A DNA stretch of 32,000 nt from Verrucomicrobia bacterium UBA3869 (GTDB lineage: Bacteria; Verrucomicrobiota; Verrucomicrobiia; Opitutales; UBA9783), in NCBI GenBank assembly GCA_002392285.1, contig DGGR01000041.1:31227-63226 (forward strand), written 5' to 3'. The translations under genes and the position numbers were made by a program. Below are positions 8,652-17,171 of this stretch, piece after piece (position 1 is the first letter of the stretch; each line of letters begins with the position of its first letter). A model generated the notes under the pieces. The model saw nothing but the letters and a program-made list of their open reading frames with translations, did not search any database and was not told the DNA's origin.

Positions 8652-8710
8652 TTATCTATGGGAATTTATCTATGGGAATTTATCTATGGGAATTTATCTA
8701 TGGGAATTTA
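8651..8710. repeat. perfect 14-bp tandem repeat TTTATCTATGGGAA, 4.3 copies
   Basis: Read directly from the sequence. Units occupy 8651-8664, 8665-8678, 8679-8692 and 8693-8706, with a partial TTTA at 8707-8710. The first base is the final base of the trmB ATG codon on the minus strand. Confidence 0.95.
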
Positions 8711-8754
8711 CAAAAAATTATTATTCATAAGCGGGCTGTGTCTAGCAAACTTTT

Positions 8755-8949
8755 ATGTTTTTGCCAGATGCGGAATATGACGAGTTTTTAGAAACGACTT
8801 CTAAAGAAACATTCTCAAACGATGAGGATACGGAATCTACAGGTTGGTTAACGGAAAATCCAACGTATGTTCAAACATATGCGAGCAGTAGTTGGAACAA
8901 TCCACTGATTCATTCGTTCGAATGCGCGATTACGCGGCGGTTTGAATAA
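8755..8949 (+). CDS. questionable small acidic ORF (64 aa), no family recognised
   Basis: It is the only ORF in the 344-bp trmB-mnmG spacer. It has an ATG start but no obvious Shine-Dalgarno sequence. Its stop lies 30 nt upstream of an 11-bp-stem hairpin that is followed by a T-rich tract on the plus strand. Confidence 0.25.
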   Translation: MFLPDAEYDEFLETTSKETFSNDEDTESTGWLTENPTYVQTYASSSWNNPLIHSFECAITRRFE

Positions 8950-8978
8950 AAAATCGGTTTAAGCGATAACAGACAACC

Positions 8979-9015
8979 AACGAGCGAAGAAGCAGCTAGC
9001 TTTCCTTCGCTCGTT
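8979..9015. terminator. possible bidirectional intrinsic terminator hairpin spanning the mnmG stop codon
   Basis: AACGAGCGAAG (8979-8989) pairs perfectly with CTTCGCTCGTT (9005-9015) around a 15-nt loop. The plus strand continues TACTTTTGAC, which is T-rich. The minus strand continues GGTTGTCTGTTATCGCTT, which is less T-rich. Confidence 0.4.
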
Positions 9016-10849
9016 TACTTTTGACTGCCACCATTAACACTTGAATGTCGGATGGGTTAACCCCACTGATACGGGAAGCTTGTCCTAAGGTCAACGGTCG
9101 TATTGCCATTAACTTTTGGCGGCTTTCATTTCTTAGGCTCACTAGGGTCGTATAATCAAAATCGGCTGGGATTTTAATCGCATCCAGCAACTGCGTACGT
9201 TCAACCACCTTCTGTTCGCGCTCCAAATACCCTTGATAGCAGACCCGATACAGGACTTCTTCGCGTACAGCATCTGGTAGGGTCAAAAATGCAGTAGGTA
9301 AGTCAACGGTTGGCCTTGATTCCTGATTCTGCGAACGGCGCAACGCGTCACCAAAGGTAATCCCTGGTTCGCATGGCGTTTGTTCTAGCGTATGCACCCA
9401 CTCTTCAACGGTTTGCTTTTTGTTATTAATGGCCTGAATGCGTTCAGGGCTTAAGCAATGGTAACGCGCAGCTTGATCAATCAAACGCAATTCGGCGCTC
9501 GCATGATTCAACAACAAACGATATTCCGCGCGTCCTGTAAACATACGGTATGGCTCTTGGGTACCTTTTGTGGTCAAATCATCAATGAGAACCCCTATAT
9601 AACTAGCATCTCGGGATAATATACAGGGTTCTTCGCCTAAAACAGCCGCACTTGCATTGATACCGGCCACAATGCCTTGACCTGCCGCTTCTTCATAACC
9701 CGAAGTTCCATTGATCTGACCTGCCATGAATAACCCACGTACGCGTTTGCTTTCTAGGCTTGCGTTTAAATCCGTTGGATCCGAAAAAACGTATTCTACC
9801 GCATAAGCCGGACGCACCATCACCGCATGCTCTAACCCCGGAATCGTTTGCAACATGGCTTGTTGAACGTCAAACGGCAAACTGGTGGAAAGCCCATTGA
9901 TATACCATTCGTCCGTACTCAATCCTTCCGGCTCTAAAAATAAACGGTGGCGTTCTCGGTCTGCAAACCGAACGCATTTATCCTCGATGCTGGGGCAATA
10001 ACGCGGGCCTGTTCCATGAATATTTCCTGAAAATAAGGCAGAACGTTTTAAATTATCCAAAATAATTTTATGCGTATCCTGATTGGTATAGGTCATCCAA
10101 CACGAGCAACGGTGACTATCTGGGCTCCATGCCATGGGTATCGGCAACACCTCATGAGCGCTTCGGGTATCATAAAACGCAAATAAACACGGATGTTCGT
10201 CGCTTTTTTGTTCTTCGCAACATGAAAAGTCGATACTGCGGCCTAAAATACGTGCAGGCGTGCCGGTTTTTAACAGCCCTACCGGAAAGCCTAATTGCGC
10301 TAAATTGTCTGCCAACGCGTAACTGGCTGAATCGCCCATACGCCCTCCCGGGAAATGCGTATGGCCTACGTGCAAGGTGCCTTTTAAAAAGGTGCCTGTG
10401 GTTAAAATGACTGTTTTAGCCTCAATGATACCCGCTAAACGCGTTTGTACTCCGGTTATACGACCCTCCTGAACGCATAAACTCAGCACTTCATCTTGTA
10501 ACAGCCGAATCGTAGGGACTTGCTCCAACCGGCGTTTCATACAGAATTGATAGGCTTTTTTATCACATTGAGCCCGTGGAGCTTGCACTGCCAGCCCTTT
10601 CGAGCGATTCAACACACGAAATTGAATTGCTGTTTCATCAGCATTCACCGCCATTAATCCCCCTAAAGCATCGATTTCACGTACCATGTGCCCCTTGGCT
10701 AATCCGCCGATAGAAGGATTGCAGCTCATTTGGGCAATGGTATCCAATTGGTGTGTAATCAAGAGCACCGACATCCCACGTTTTGCAGCTATCCAAGCTG
10801 CTTCGCAACCTGCATGACCGCCGCCACATACAAGCACATCTATACTCAT
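8996..10849 (-). CDS. mnmG: tRNA uridine 5-carboxymethylaminomethyl modification enzyme MnmG (GidA)
   Basis: 617 aa with an N-terminal FAD-binding motif ([15 protein letters not shown]) and the conserved GTTPARI-like TGTPARI and [13 protein letters not shown] motifs. A strong AAGGGAG Shine-Dalgarno sequence precedes the ATG. Confidence 0.95.
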   Translation of the reverse strand: MSIDVLVCGGGHAGCEAAWIAAKRGMSVLLITHQLDTIAQMSCNPSIGGLAKGHMVREIDALGGLMAVNADETAIQFRVLNRSKGLAVQAPRAQCDKKAYQFCMKRRLEQVPTIRLLQDEVLSLCVQEGRITGVQTRLAGIIEAKTVILTTGTFLKGTLHVGHTHFPGGRMGDSASYALADNLAQLGFPVGLLKTGTPARILGRSIDFSCCEEQKSDEHPCLFAFYDTRSAHEVLPIPMAWSPDSHRCSCWMTYTNQDTHKIILDNLKRSALFSGNIHGTGPRYCPSIEDKCVRFADRERHRLFLEPEGLSTDEWYINGLSTSLPFDVQQAMLQTIPGLEHAVMVRPAYAVEYVFSDPTDLNASLESKRVRGLFMAGQINGTSGYEEAAGQGIVAGINASAAVLGEEPCILSRDASYIGVLIDDLTTKGTQEPYRMFTGRAEYRLLLNHASAELRLIDQAARYHCLSPERIQAINNKKQTVEEWVHTLEQTPCEPGITFGDALRRSQNQESRPTVDLPTAFLTLPDAVREEVLYRVCYQGYLEREQKVVERTQLLDAIKIPADFDYTTLVSLRNESRQKLMAIRPLTLGQASRISGVNPSDIQVLMVAVKSKRAKES

Positions 10850-10867
10850 AGCTCCCTTATATCCTCT

Positions 10868-12229
10868 TTATTTACCGATGCAAAACTTAGAAAAGATAAC
10901 ATCGAGGATTTGCTCATAATCCACACGCCCAACCACCGCTTCCAAAGCGCGCAGTGCTGATTTTAAATCAGCCGCAAGGCAATCGTCATAAGCATGGGTT
11001 TGCAACAACGATTGGGCGTGCATTAACCACCGCTGGGCTTGGCGAAACGCTTCCGCATGGCGTTCGTTAACCATAAACGCTACCTGGGTCGGATCCGCAT
11101 AATGGGTCTGCAAAAAATGACGCAACGCGCTTTGCACCTTAGGCAATTGCTCTGCATCGGTTAAACTCATGGAACAAACCGTATATCCATCCAAAAGCGC
11201 TTGAATGGCAGGATTAACCCCCAAATCCGCTTTGTTCAACAGGACCAACGTCCGCTCGTGGGGGAATTGCGGCTGAAGTTCCTTTAAACCATCGACGATC
11301 GATTGAGAACCGTCCACTACCCAAATAATCATATCGGCTGTTTGTAGTTGTGTATAGGTCTGTTCAATTCCCATGCGCTCCAATACATCCTCTGAAGCCC
11401 GTAAACCGGCGGTATCGATCAAGGTCAAAACGTAAGGGTTTAAAGCATAGCGCTCCGTCACATAATCGCGTGTGGTTCCTGGAATCTCACTGACCAATAC
11501 TCGTTGGCGCCCCAATAAGCCGTTTAACAGCGTACTTTTGCCTGCATTTGGTTGACCCGCAATCACCACTTGAATACCTTTGTGCAACGGAGCATACGCC
11601 GCATGCGCTTGGATTAACTGCTGCAGGTCTTGCGCTAATTCCTTTAACTGCGTATCCAATGCCTGGCGGTCTTGTTCCGGCAAATCCTCTTCAGGAAAAT
11701 CCAAATACGCTTCCACTTTGGCAATTTGTTCGCTCAATAGGGCAACCAACCGTGTAACCTTTTGGCTGAGCGCGCCTCCTAACTGTTTTTGAGCTAAATG
11801 CAGCGCCTGTAATGATTGTGCATGAATTACCTCTTCCACCGCTTCTGCTTGGCATAAATCCAAAACCCCATTGGTAAAAGCACGGCGAGTAAATTCCCCT
11901 GGCTCCGCTTGCCGACAACCGCGTTGGATACAATCGCGCACAATCTGTTGAATAATGATTGGATTTCCATGGCAGGAAAGCTCCAACATCGCTTCACCCG
12001 TATAGGAGGCATGCTCCACAAAGAGCACAAAAACCACCTCATCTAAGGCGGTGTCCGGATGATTGAGCATATAATAATGTCCATAGTAGGCTTGGCGCGG
12101 AACCAACGACGTACGTTTAAAGATTGCCTGCGCTAAGCTAAAGCATAAAGGCCCACTAAGCCGAATAACCCCAATCCCGGATACCCCCCAGGGAGTTGAT
12201 AGTGCCACAATGGTATCGTTGGTTTTCAT
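10868..12229 (-). CDS. mnmE: tRNA modification GTPase MnmE (TrmE)
   Basis: 453 aa with the N-terminus DTIVALSTP, a G1 motif (GQPNAGKSTLLN), a G3 motif (DTAG) and the canonical C-terminal CIGK. Confidence 0.95.
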   Translation of the reverse strand: MKTNDTIVALSTPWGVSGIGVIRLSGPLCFSLAQAIFKRTSLVPRQAYYGHYYMLNHPDTALDEVVFVLFVEHASYTGEAMLELSCHGNPIIIQQIVRDCIQRGCRQAEPGEFTRRAFTNGVLDLCQAEAVEEVIHAQSLQALHLAQKQLGGALSQKVTRLVALLSEQIAKVEAYLDFPEEDLPEQDRQALDTQLKELAQDLQQLIQAHAAYAPLHKGIQVVIAGQPNAGKSTLLNGLLGRQRVLVSEIPGTTRDYVTERYALNPYVLTLIDTAGLRASEDVLERMGIEQTYTQLQTADMIIWVVDGSQSIVDGLKELQPQFPHERTLVLLNKADLGVNPAIQALLDGYTVCSMSLTDAEQLPKVQSALRHFLQTHYADPTQVAFMVNERHAEAFRQAQRWLMHAQSLLQTHAYDDCLAADLKSALRALEAVVGRVDYEQILDVIFSKFCIGK

Positions 12230-12279
12230 AACCGCTTAAGTCTTTTCCAGAGCGAATTTCCTTGTTTTGTTAATAACCC

Positions 12280-12470
12280 AGTGAATAAATAAGGATAAAA
12301 GGGTCAACAAAGGTACATTGCTTATTTTTTGTTCACTAAAAACCCTTTTCATTCTCAACTTATTCACACGGTACTATTCAAGTCTACAAGCGGTTTTATG
12401 TCAATTTTTAGCACTTGTTCACCCGTATAATAGGAATAATAAATAAAACAATTTATTTTCATATAATAAA
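12280..12470. promoter_or_regulatory. divergent mnmE/folE control region with four TT(A/G)TTCAC DnaA-box-like motifs and an AT-rich tract
   Basis: TTATTCACA at 12360-12368 matches TTATNCACA exactly. TTGTTCACT lies at 12329-12337 and TTGTTCACC at 12415-12423. TTATTCACT lies on the minus strand at 12280-12288. Bases 12431-12470 are almost pure A/T. TATAAT hexamers occur at 12426-12431 and 12462-12467. Confidence 0.3.
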
Positions 12471-12510
12471 GCTTTGCAATATCATTCCCAAAATCATTAG
12501 ATTATACCCC

Positions 12511-13422
12511 ATGAAGGATGCGTTAACGAAAGCTACAGAAAACTATTGGCATGCGTTGTTGCAAACCTGTGGAGAAGATAGTAGCCGCGAGGGATTGGTA
12601 AAAACCCCGCAACGTTTTTTAAAGGCCTTTGAGGAATTAACCTCGGGGTATCATCATACCCTGGAAGAAGTGGTTAACGACGCTCTATTTCCCTGTACCA
12701 ACACTCATCCTATCTATATACAGGATATTCCATTTTTTTCGCTTTGTGAGCATCACGTATTGCCCTTTTATGGTACCTGCACCGTTGCTTACATTCCTAA
12801 TGGTACCGTTTTAGGGTTATCTAAGGTTTACCGCATTATTGCCTTATATGCTCAACGGTTACAACTGCAGGAACAGTTGACGCAGCAGATTGGCGAGGCC
12901 ATTCAATCCGTCACCCATGCTAAGGGGGTGCAGGTGGATATGCGTGGAACCCATTTGTGTGTAGCTATGCGGGGGGTGAAGCAATCGCAATCGTTCATGC
13001 ATACCCATTATCAGAACGGAGAAGCCATTCCGCCTTCCACCCAACAGGCTGCATCCGAACCTACCTGTTTCCTTCATTGCACCTCTCAATGGATTCCGTT
13101 GTTTATTGGGTGTACCGAAGGAGAACAAAAGCAACCGACGCCCATTCAGCTAAGCCTATCATTACATATGCCGGTGGATTATGGTACTCGCAAAGACGAT
13201 TTAAGCACCACGGTGGATTATGATGCTTTGATGATGGGTCTTAAGCATGCGTGTTTGAATCAACGTTTTCAGTTGATTGAATTTGCGGGTCAAACTATCT
13301 ATCAATGGATCCATCAGTATTTAGCCCACCATTATCAGGATATGCCGATAAAAATTACCTTGCAGAAGCGTTTATCGCACGAATGGTTGCAGGATAGTCA
13401 ATTTGTCATAGGAGATTTTTAA
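12511..13422 (+). CDS. folE: GTP cyclohydrolase I fused to a C-terminal dihydroneopterin-aldolase-like (FolB/FolX T-fold) domain
   Basis: I trimmed the start to the ATG at 12511, because the track TTG extension is AT-rich and noncoding-like. The FolE part has GLVKTPQR, the zinc motif [17 protein letters not shown] and HLCVAMRGV. The C-terminal ~105 aa carry FolB-like motifs: [23 protein letters not shown] and IKITLQK. Confidence 0.85.
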   Translation: MKDALTKATENYWHALLQTCGEDSSREGLVKTPQRFLKAFEELTSGYHHTLEEVVNDALFPCTNTHPIYIQDIPFFSLCEHHVLPFYGTCTVAYIPNGTVLGLSKVYRIIALYAQRLQLQEQLTQQIGEAIQSVTHAKGVQVDMRGTHLCVAMRGVKQSQSFMHTHYQNGEAIPPSTQQAASEPTCFLHCTSQWIPLFIGCTEGEQKQPTPIQLSLSLHMPVDYGTRKDDLSTTVDYDALMMGLKHACLNQRFQLIEFAGQTIYQWIHQYLAHHYQDMPIKITLQKRLSHEWLQDSQFVIGDF

Positions 13423-13429
13423 CCCTGTG

Positions 13430-14638
13430 ATGAATCGGTGGGTACAGTGGGTTTATTATCGCTTGCAATCGCTGCAACAAGACCGTTTGGCTTACGATTG
13501 GGTCAATCCCATTATTATGCTGATTTTAAGTGCCCTTGGGCTTGCCTTAATTTATTCTGTGCAATTAGATGTCGGTGCTTATGCTAAGTGGCACCAACAG
13601 CTTGTGTGGATCTTGGTTGGTCTATGCGTCTATGGGATAACTGCACGTATTCATTATAAATTCTTTTTTCAAAACGCTCATTGGTTGTACCTGTTGTCCA
13701 TTATTGCTTTGTGTGTTTTGTGGACCCCCCTGGGAACAAGTTTTGGGGGTAGCCGCCGTTGGATTTATTGCGGGGCATTTGCTGTACAACCTTCCACATT
13801 GGGTACCCTAGCGGTCTTGTTAATGTGCGTTAATCATTTAGCCCGTATGCATGCTACCTCCTTAAAAGAGCATAGGGAAGGCATCCTTTATACTGCTGTT
13901 ATTGGCTGCATTCCTTGCTTGTTAATCTTTATTCAACCCGACTTGGGTGCAGCCATTCTCATTCCAGCAGTAATCATGGGTTTATGGTTTGTTGCGAATA
14001 TCAAATTGCGGTTCTTTGTGGGGTTGATGGTGGTAGGCGTGTTGGGATTAGGAATAATAGCTTTGGATAGCTATGCCTACAGCGCACAATTGCAGCAAAA
14101 AACGTTAACCATTAAGCCCTTTTTGCCTTTAAAGGATTATCAGCGGAACCGCATTTTATCGTTTGCAGCGCCCAGCGTGGTGGATCCGCAAGGAGTTACG
14201 GTTGGTTGGCAGCTAAAACAATCATTGATTGCCATTAGTTCTGGGGGTACCTCAGGAAAGGGTTGGCTGAACAATATGCAATCGCAGCTGGGATTTTTAC
14301 CCAAAGCTACTTCGTTGGATGACTTTATTTTTGCAGTGCTCGCAGAAGAAACTGGTTTATGGGGCACGTATTTTGTATTTGCACTTTATGGAATTTTAAT
14401 TTTGAATACTTTACGTATTGCATTAATAGCACGGGATCTCTTTGGATACTATTTGTGTGTGGGAATCGCCCTATTGATGGCAATGCATGTTTGGATTAAC
14501 GTTGGGATGACGCTAGGGATTATGCCTATTACTGGAATATCCATCCCCTTTTTGAGTTATGGTGGATCCTTTATGCTTATGTGCTTTTTTAGTCAAGGCT
14601 TAGTACAGAGTGTGTATCGCTTCCGTTTATCTGAATAG
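13430..14638 (+). CDS. rodA: SEDS-family peptidoglycan glycosyltransferase, RodA-like
   Basis: A polytopic protein of about 402 aa. IAISSGGTSGKGW and DFIFAVLAEETGLWG resemble RodA (IAIGSGG..GKGW, FIFAVLAEE) more than FtsW. I prefer the ATG at 13430 over the GTG at 13427. Confidence 0.7.
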   Translation: MNRWVQWVYYRLQSLQQDRLAYDWVNPIIMLILSALGLALIYSVQLDVGAYAKWHQQLVWILVGLCVYGITARIHYKFFFQNAHWLYLLSIIALCVLWTPLGTSFGGSRRWIYCGAFAVQPSTLGTLAVLLMCVNHLARMHATSLKEHREGILYTAVIGCIPCLLIFIQPDLGAAILIPAVIMGLWFVANIKLRFFVGLMVVGVLGLGIIALDSYAYSAQLQQKTLTIKPFLPLKDYQRNRILSFAAPSVVDPQGVTVGWQLKQSLIAISSGGTSGKGWLNNMQSQLGFLPKATSLDDFIFAVLAEETGLWGTYFVFALYGILILNTLRIALIARDLFGYYLCVGIALLMAMHVWINVGMTLGIMPITGISIPFLSYGGSFMLMCFFSQGLVQSVYRFRLSE

Positions 14639-14665
14639 AAACCATTAGTCTTATATGAGCCTACC

Positions 14666-16360
14666 ATGTCTGAAAGTCATCAAAAACCGCTGGCAGATAC
14701 TATTTGTTATCAAGCAAAACCAAAAGAAACTCCTGTAACTGTTAATAAGAAAGCGATTCAAACAGCCGCAGAACAACGTTCGAAAGAGCAAACCCTTTTT
14801 AAGCGTATCCTTGATTTATTCAAAAGGGATAAACGGTTTACGGAAGTTTTTATCAATGGCGTATTAAGCCACAAGCGCGTTGCAGTTTCGGTTAACGGCA
14901 TCTTAGAGTCGTTTGAAACCGAAACGGATCGCCAACAGCTGTTTGGAGCGATTTTTAAGGGAAAAATTCAAAATCTGGAGTCGGGATTAAAGGCGGCTTT
15001 TGTGGATATTGGGCAAGAAAAGAATGCTTTTTTGCATTATTGGGATATCCTGCCTTGTCTCAATGGTGAAGGGTACAACGAGCATAATCACGATGATGAG
15101 ATTGAAATTATCAATCGAGAGGAGCGTAAGTCTGCCGCATCAGCAGCCACCATTGATATGGTACCAGAGCGCTTCCCGATTGGTTCCGACATTATTGTGC
15201 AGGCCATCAAAAGTTGTATTGGCACCAAGGGCCCTCGGGTAACCACCCATATTACCTTGCCAGGACGTTATTTAATCCTTACGCCTTGTTCGGTTCAATG
15301 CGGTATTTCTAAAAAGATTGAGAACAAGCACGAACGCGAGCGTCTCAAGGGTATTCTAAAAAAATTAATGCTCCCCAATGAAATGGGGGTGATTTTCCGT
15401 ACCGCGAGCAATGGGTGTCCAATGCGTCATTTAGTGAGGGATTTGCAGGTGTTATTGAACACATGGCGTCGCATCAAAGCTAGGTTGTCTGAAGCCAAGG
15501 GACCCTGTTTATTATACACCGAACCGACGTTGTTGGAACGGATTGTGCGTGATGTATTAACGGATGATGTGGATCGCGTCTTGGTTGATAACGAGGCGGA
15601 TTTTGCGTTTATTACCGAGCGCGTAAAGGAGATTGCTCCGCACATGCTTAAGAAAATTAAATTGTATCGGGATTCGATTCCGATTTTTGAGCGTTTCAAC
15701 GTTGAATGTCAAATTGATCAAACCCTAGCAACCCGCATTCCGTTGCCATCAGGCGGTGAAATTGTCATCCAAGAAACCGAAGCATTAACGGCGGTGGATG
15801 TAAATACGTCGTCGCACAAAGGCGGGGAGAATAAAACCTTTATTTTCCAGGTTAATTTGGAAGCAGCTCGCGAGATTATCCGTCAAATTCGTTTGCGCAA
15901 CATTGGAGGGGTAACCATTGTTGACTTTGTGGATATGAAGCAGGCAAAGAGCCGTCGCTTGTTGTTTGAATTTGTTCAAAAGGAACTGGAAACCGATAAG
16001 GTACATACGCAGGTATTCCCCTTAACCCAGTTGGGTTTGATGCAAATTTCGCGCCAACGGCATACCGAAAGCTTGCATAGCCAATTATATGCACCGTGTT
16101 GTTACTGCAATGGGGAAGGGAAACTGCAATCGTTTTGGTTTTTGTGGATGAAGGTACAGACGGCGTTATGGGAACAACGGCAGAGCATACCGGAAGCCCC
16201 GTTAAGCTTTAAGGTTGTGGTGAATCCGTTAGTGAAAACCTACTGGTTAGGGCACTATCAGGATTCGATTCAAGCCATAGAACACAAATGGTCGTTGCAT
16301 TTGAATTTTAGCGAAGATGTGCAGCTACATGTTGAACATTTTCGTTTAATCCGCCAATGA
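14666..16360 (+). CDS. rng: ribonuclease G/E family endoribonuclease
   Basis: 564 aa with an S1 domain (IFKGKIQNLESGLKAAFVDIG), the catalytic-region motifs TAVDVNT and GGVTIVDFVDM, and a Zn-link-like CCYCNGEG. It has a ~55 aa basic N-terminal extension relative to E. coli RNase G. Confidence 0.85.
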   Translation: MSESHQKPLADTICYQAKPKETPVTVNKKAIQTAAEQRSKEQTLFKRILDLFKRDKRFTEVFINGVLSHKRVAVSVNGILESFETETDRQQLFGAIFKGKIQNLESGLKAAFVDIGQEKNAFLHYWDILPCLNGEGYNEHNHDDEIEIINREERKSAASAATIDMVPERFPIGSDIIVQAIKSCIGTKGPRVTTHITLPGRYLILTPCSVQCGISKKIENKHERERLKGILKKLMLPNEMGVIFRTASNGCPMRHLVRDLQVLLNTWRRIKARLSEAKGPCLLYTEPTLLERIVRDVLTDDVDRVLVDNEADFAFITERVKEIAPHMLKKIKLYRDSIPIFERFNVECQIDQTLATRIPLPSGGEIVIQETEALTAVDVNTSSHKGGENKTFIFQVNLEAAREIIRQIRLRNIGGVTIVDFVDMKQAKSRRLLFEFVQKELETDKVHTQVFPLTQLGLMQISRQRHTESLHSQLYAPCCYCNGEGKLQSFWFLWMKVQTALWEQRQSIPEAPLSFKVVVNPLVKTYWLGHYQDSIQAIEHKWSLHLNFSEDVQLHVEHFRLIRQ

Positions 16361-16385
16361 GCTGATAAGCGTTAAAAAGAAGCGT

Positions 16386-17171
16386 ATGATTCATCCAACA
16401 GCACAAGTTGATCCGTCGGTTACGGTATCCGAATCGACCATGATTGGTCCCTTTTGTGTTGTTGAGCGAGACGTTCAACTAGGGCAACAGGTTCGGTTGG
16501 ATTCACATGTGATTTTAAAACGCGGCGTGATTTTAGAAGATCAGGTGGAGGTACATTCAGGAGCAATTGTGGGAGACGACCCGCAAATCATTCCTGCAGC
16601 CTTTGATTTCGATAGTGGCGTATCGGTTGGCGCACGTACGGTAATCCGCGAAGGAGTTACGATTCATCGCTCATCAATGCCGAATCAAAATACAACCATC
16701 GGTCATGATTGCCTCTTGATGGCTTTTTCGCACGTTGGTCATGATTGTGTAGTCGGAAATAACTGCATTCTGGTCAATCAGGTATTGTTGGCCGGCCATG
16801 TTGTTGTTCATGATTATGCGTGTTTAAGCGGCCATGTTGTTATTCATCAGTGGGTGCATATTGGCGAAAGTGCATTTGTTTCAGGGCAAGCTGCTATTAC
16901 CCAAAATATTCCGCCGTTCGTCATTGCCTGGAGCCGTGACGATCTATCGGGGTTAAATTTGGTAGGACTCCAGAGGAGAGGTTTTACGCCTGAAGCGATT
17001 GCGGATATTAAACAGATGTATCGATGGACTTATCAATCGTTATCGGTTAAACGCAACGCCCAACAAGCGTTAGATGAGCACAAGCACACAACGGACTTTG
17101 GACGTCAATTTTTGGAGTTTTTTATCAACACGCCAGGAGACCGCGGCTTTTTACATCCCCATAAGGCTTAA
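16386..17171 (+). CDS. lpxA: acyl-ACP--UDP-N-acetylglucosamine O-acyltransferase
   Basis: 261 aa. IHPTAQV starts hexapeptide repeats, followed by HDCVVGN, a LAGHV-type left-handed beta-helix pattern and the C-terminal GLQRRGF and YRWTY motifs typical of LpxA. Confidence 0.9.
   Translation: MIHPTAQVDPSVTVSESTMIGPFCVVERDVQLGQQVRLDSHVILKRGVILEDQVEVHSGAIVGDDPQIIPAAFDFDSGVSVGARTVIREGVTIHRSSMPNQNTTIGHDCLLMAFSHVGHDCVVGNNCILVNQVLLAGHVVVHDYACLSGHVVIHQWVHIGESAFVSGQAAITQNIPPFVIAWSRDDLSGLNLVGLQRRGFTPEAIADIKQMYRWTYQSLSVKRNAQQALDEHKHTTDFGRQFLEFFINTPGDRGFLHPHKA

Noticed and set aside
8651-8710. The 14-bp tandem repeat considered as a CRISPR array or as a set of DnaA boxes (TTATCTATG).
   Set aside because: There are no spacers and the units are far too short for CRISPR. 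TTATCTATG differs from TTATNCACA at 2 of the 8 specified positions, so a DnaA-box reading is not supported.
8658-8780. A 40-codon hydrophobic plus-strand ORF that starts inside the tandem repeat (MGIYLWEFIYGNLSMGIYKK...).
   Set aside because: It is a product of reading a repeat in all three frames. It has no ribosome-binding site and overlaps the trmB start.
12415-12510. A TTG-initiated 32-codon extension of the folE ORF ([15 protein letters not shown]...).
   Set aside because: It is an AT-rich, Ile/Lys/Asn-rich translation of promoter-like DNA. Similarity to FolE begins at the ATG at 12511.
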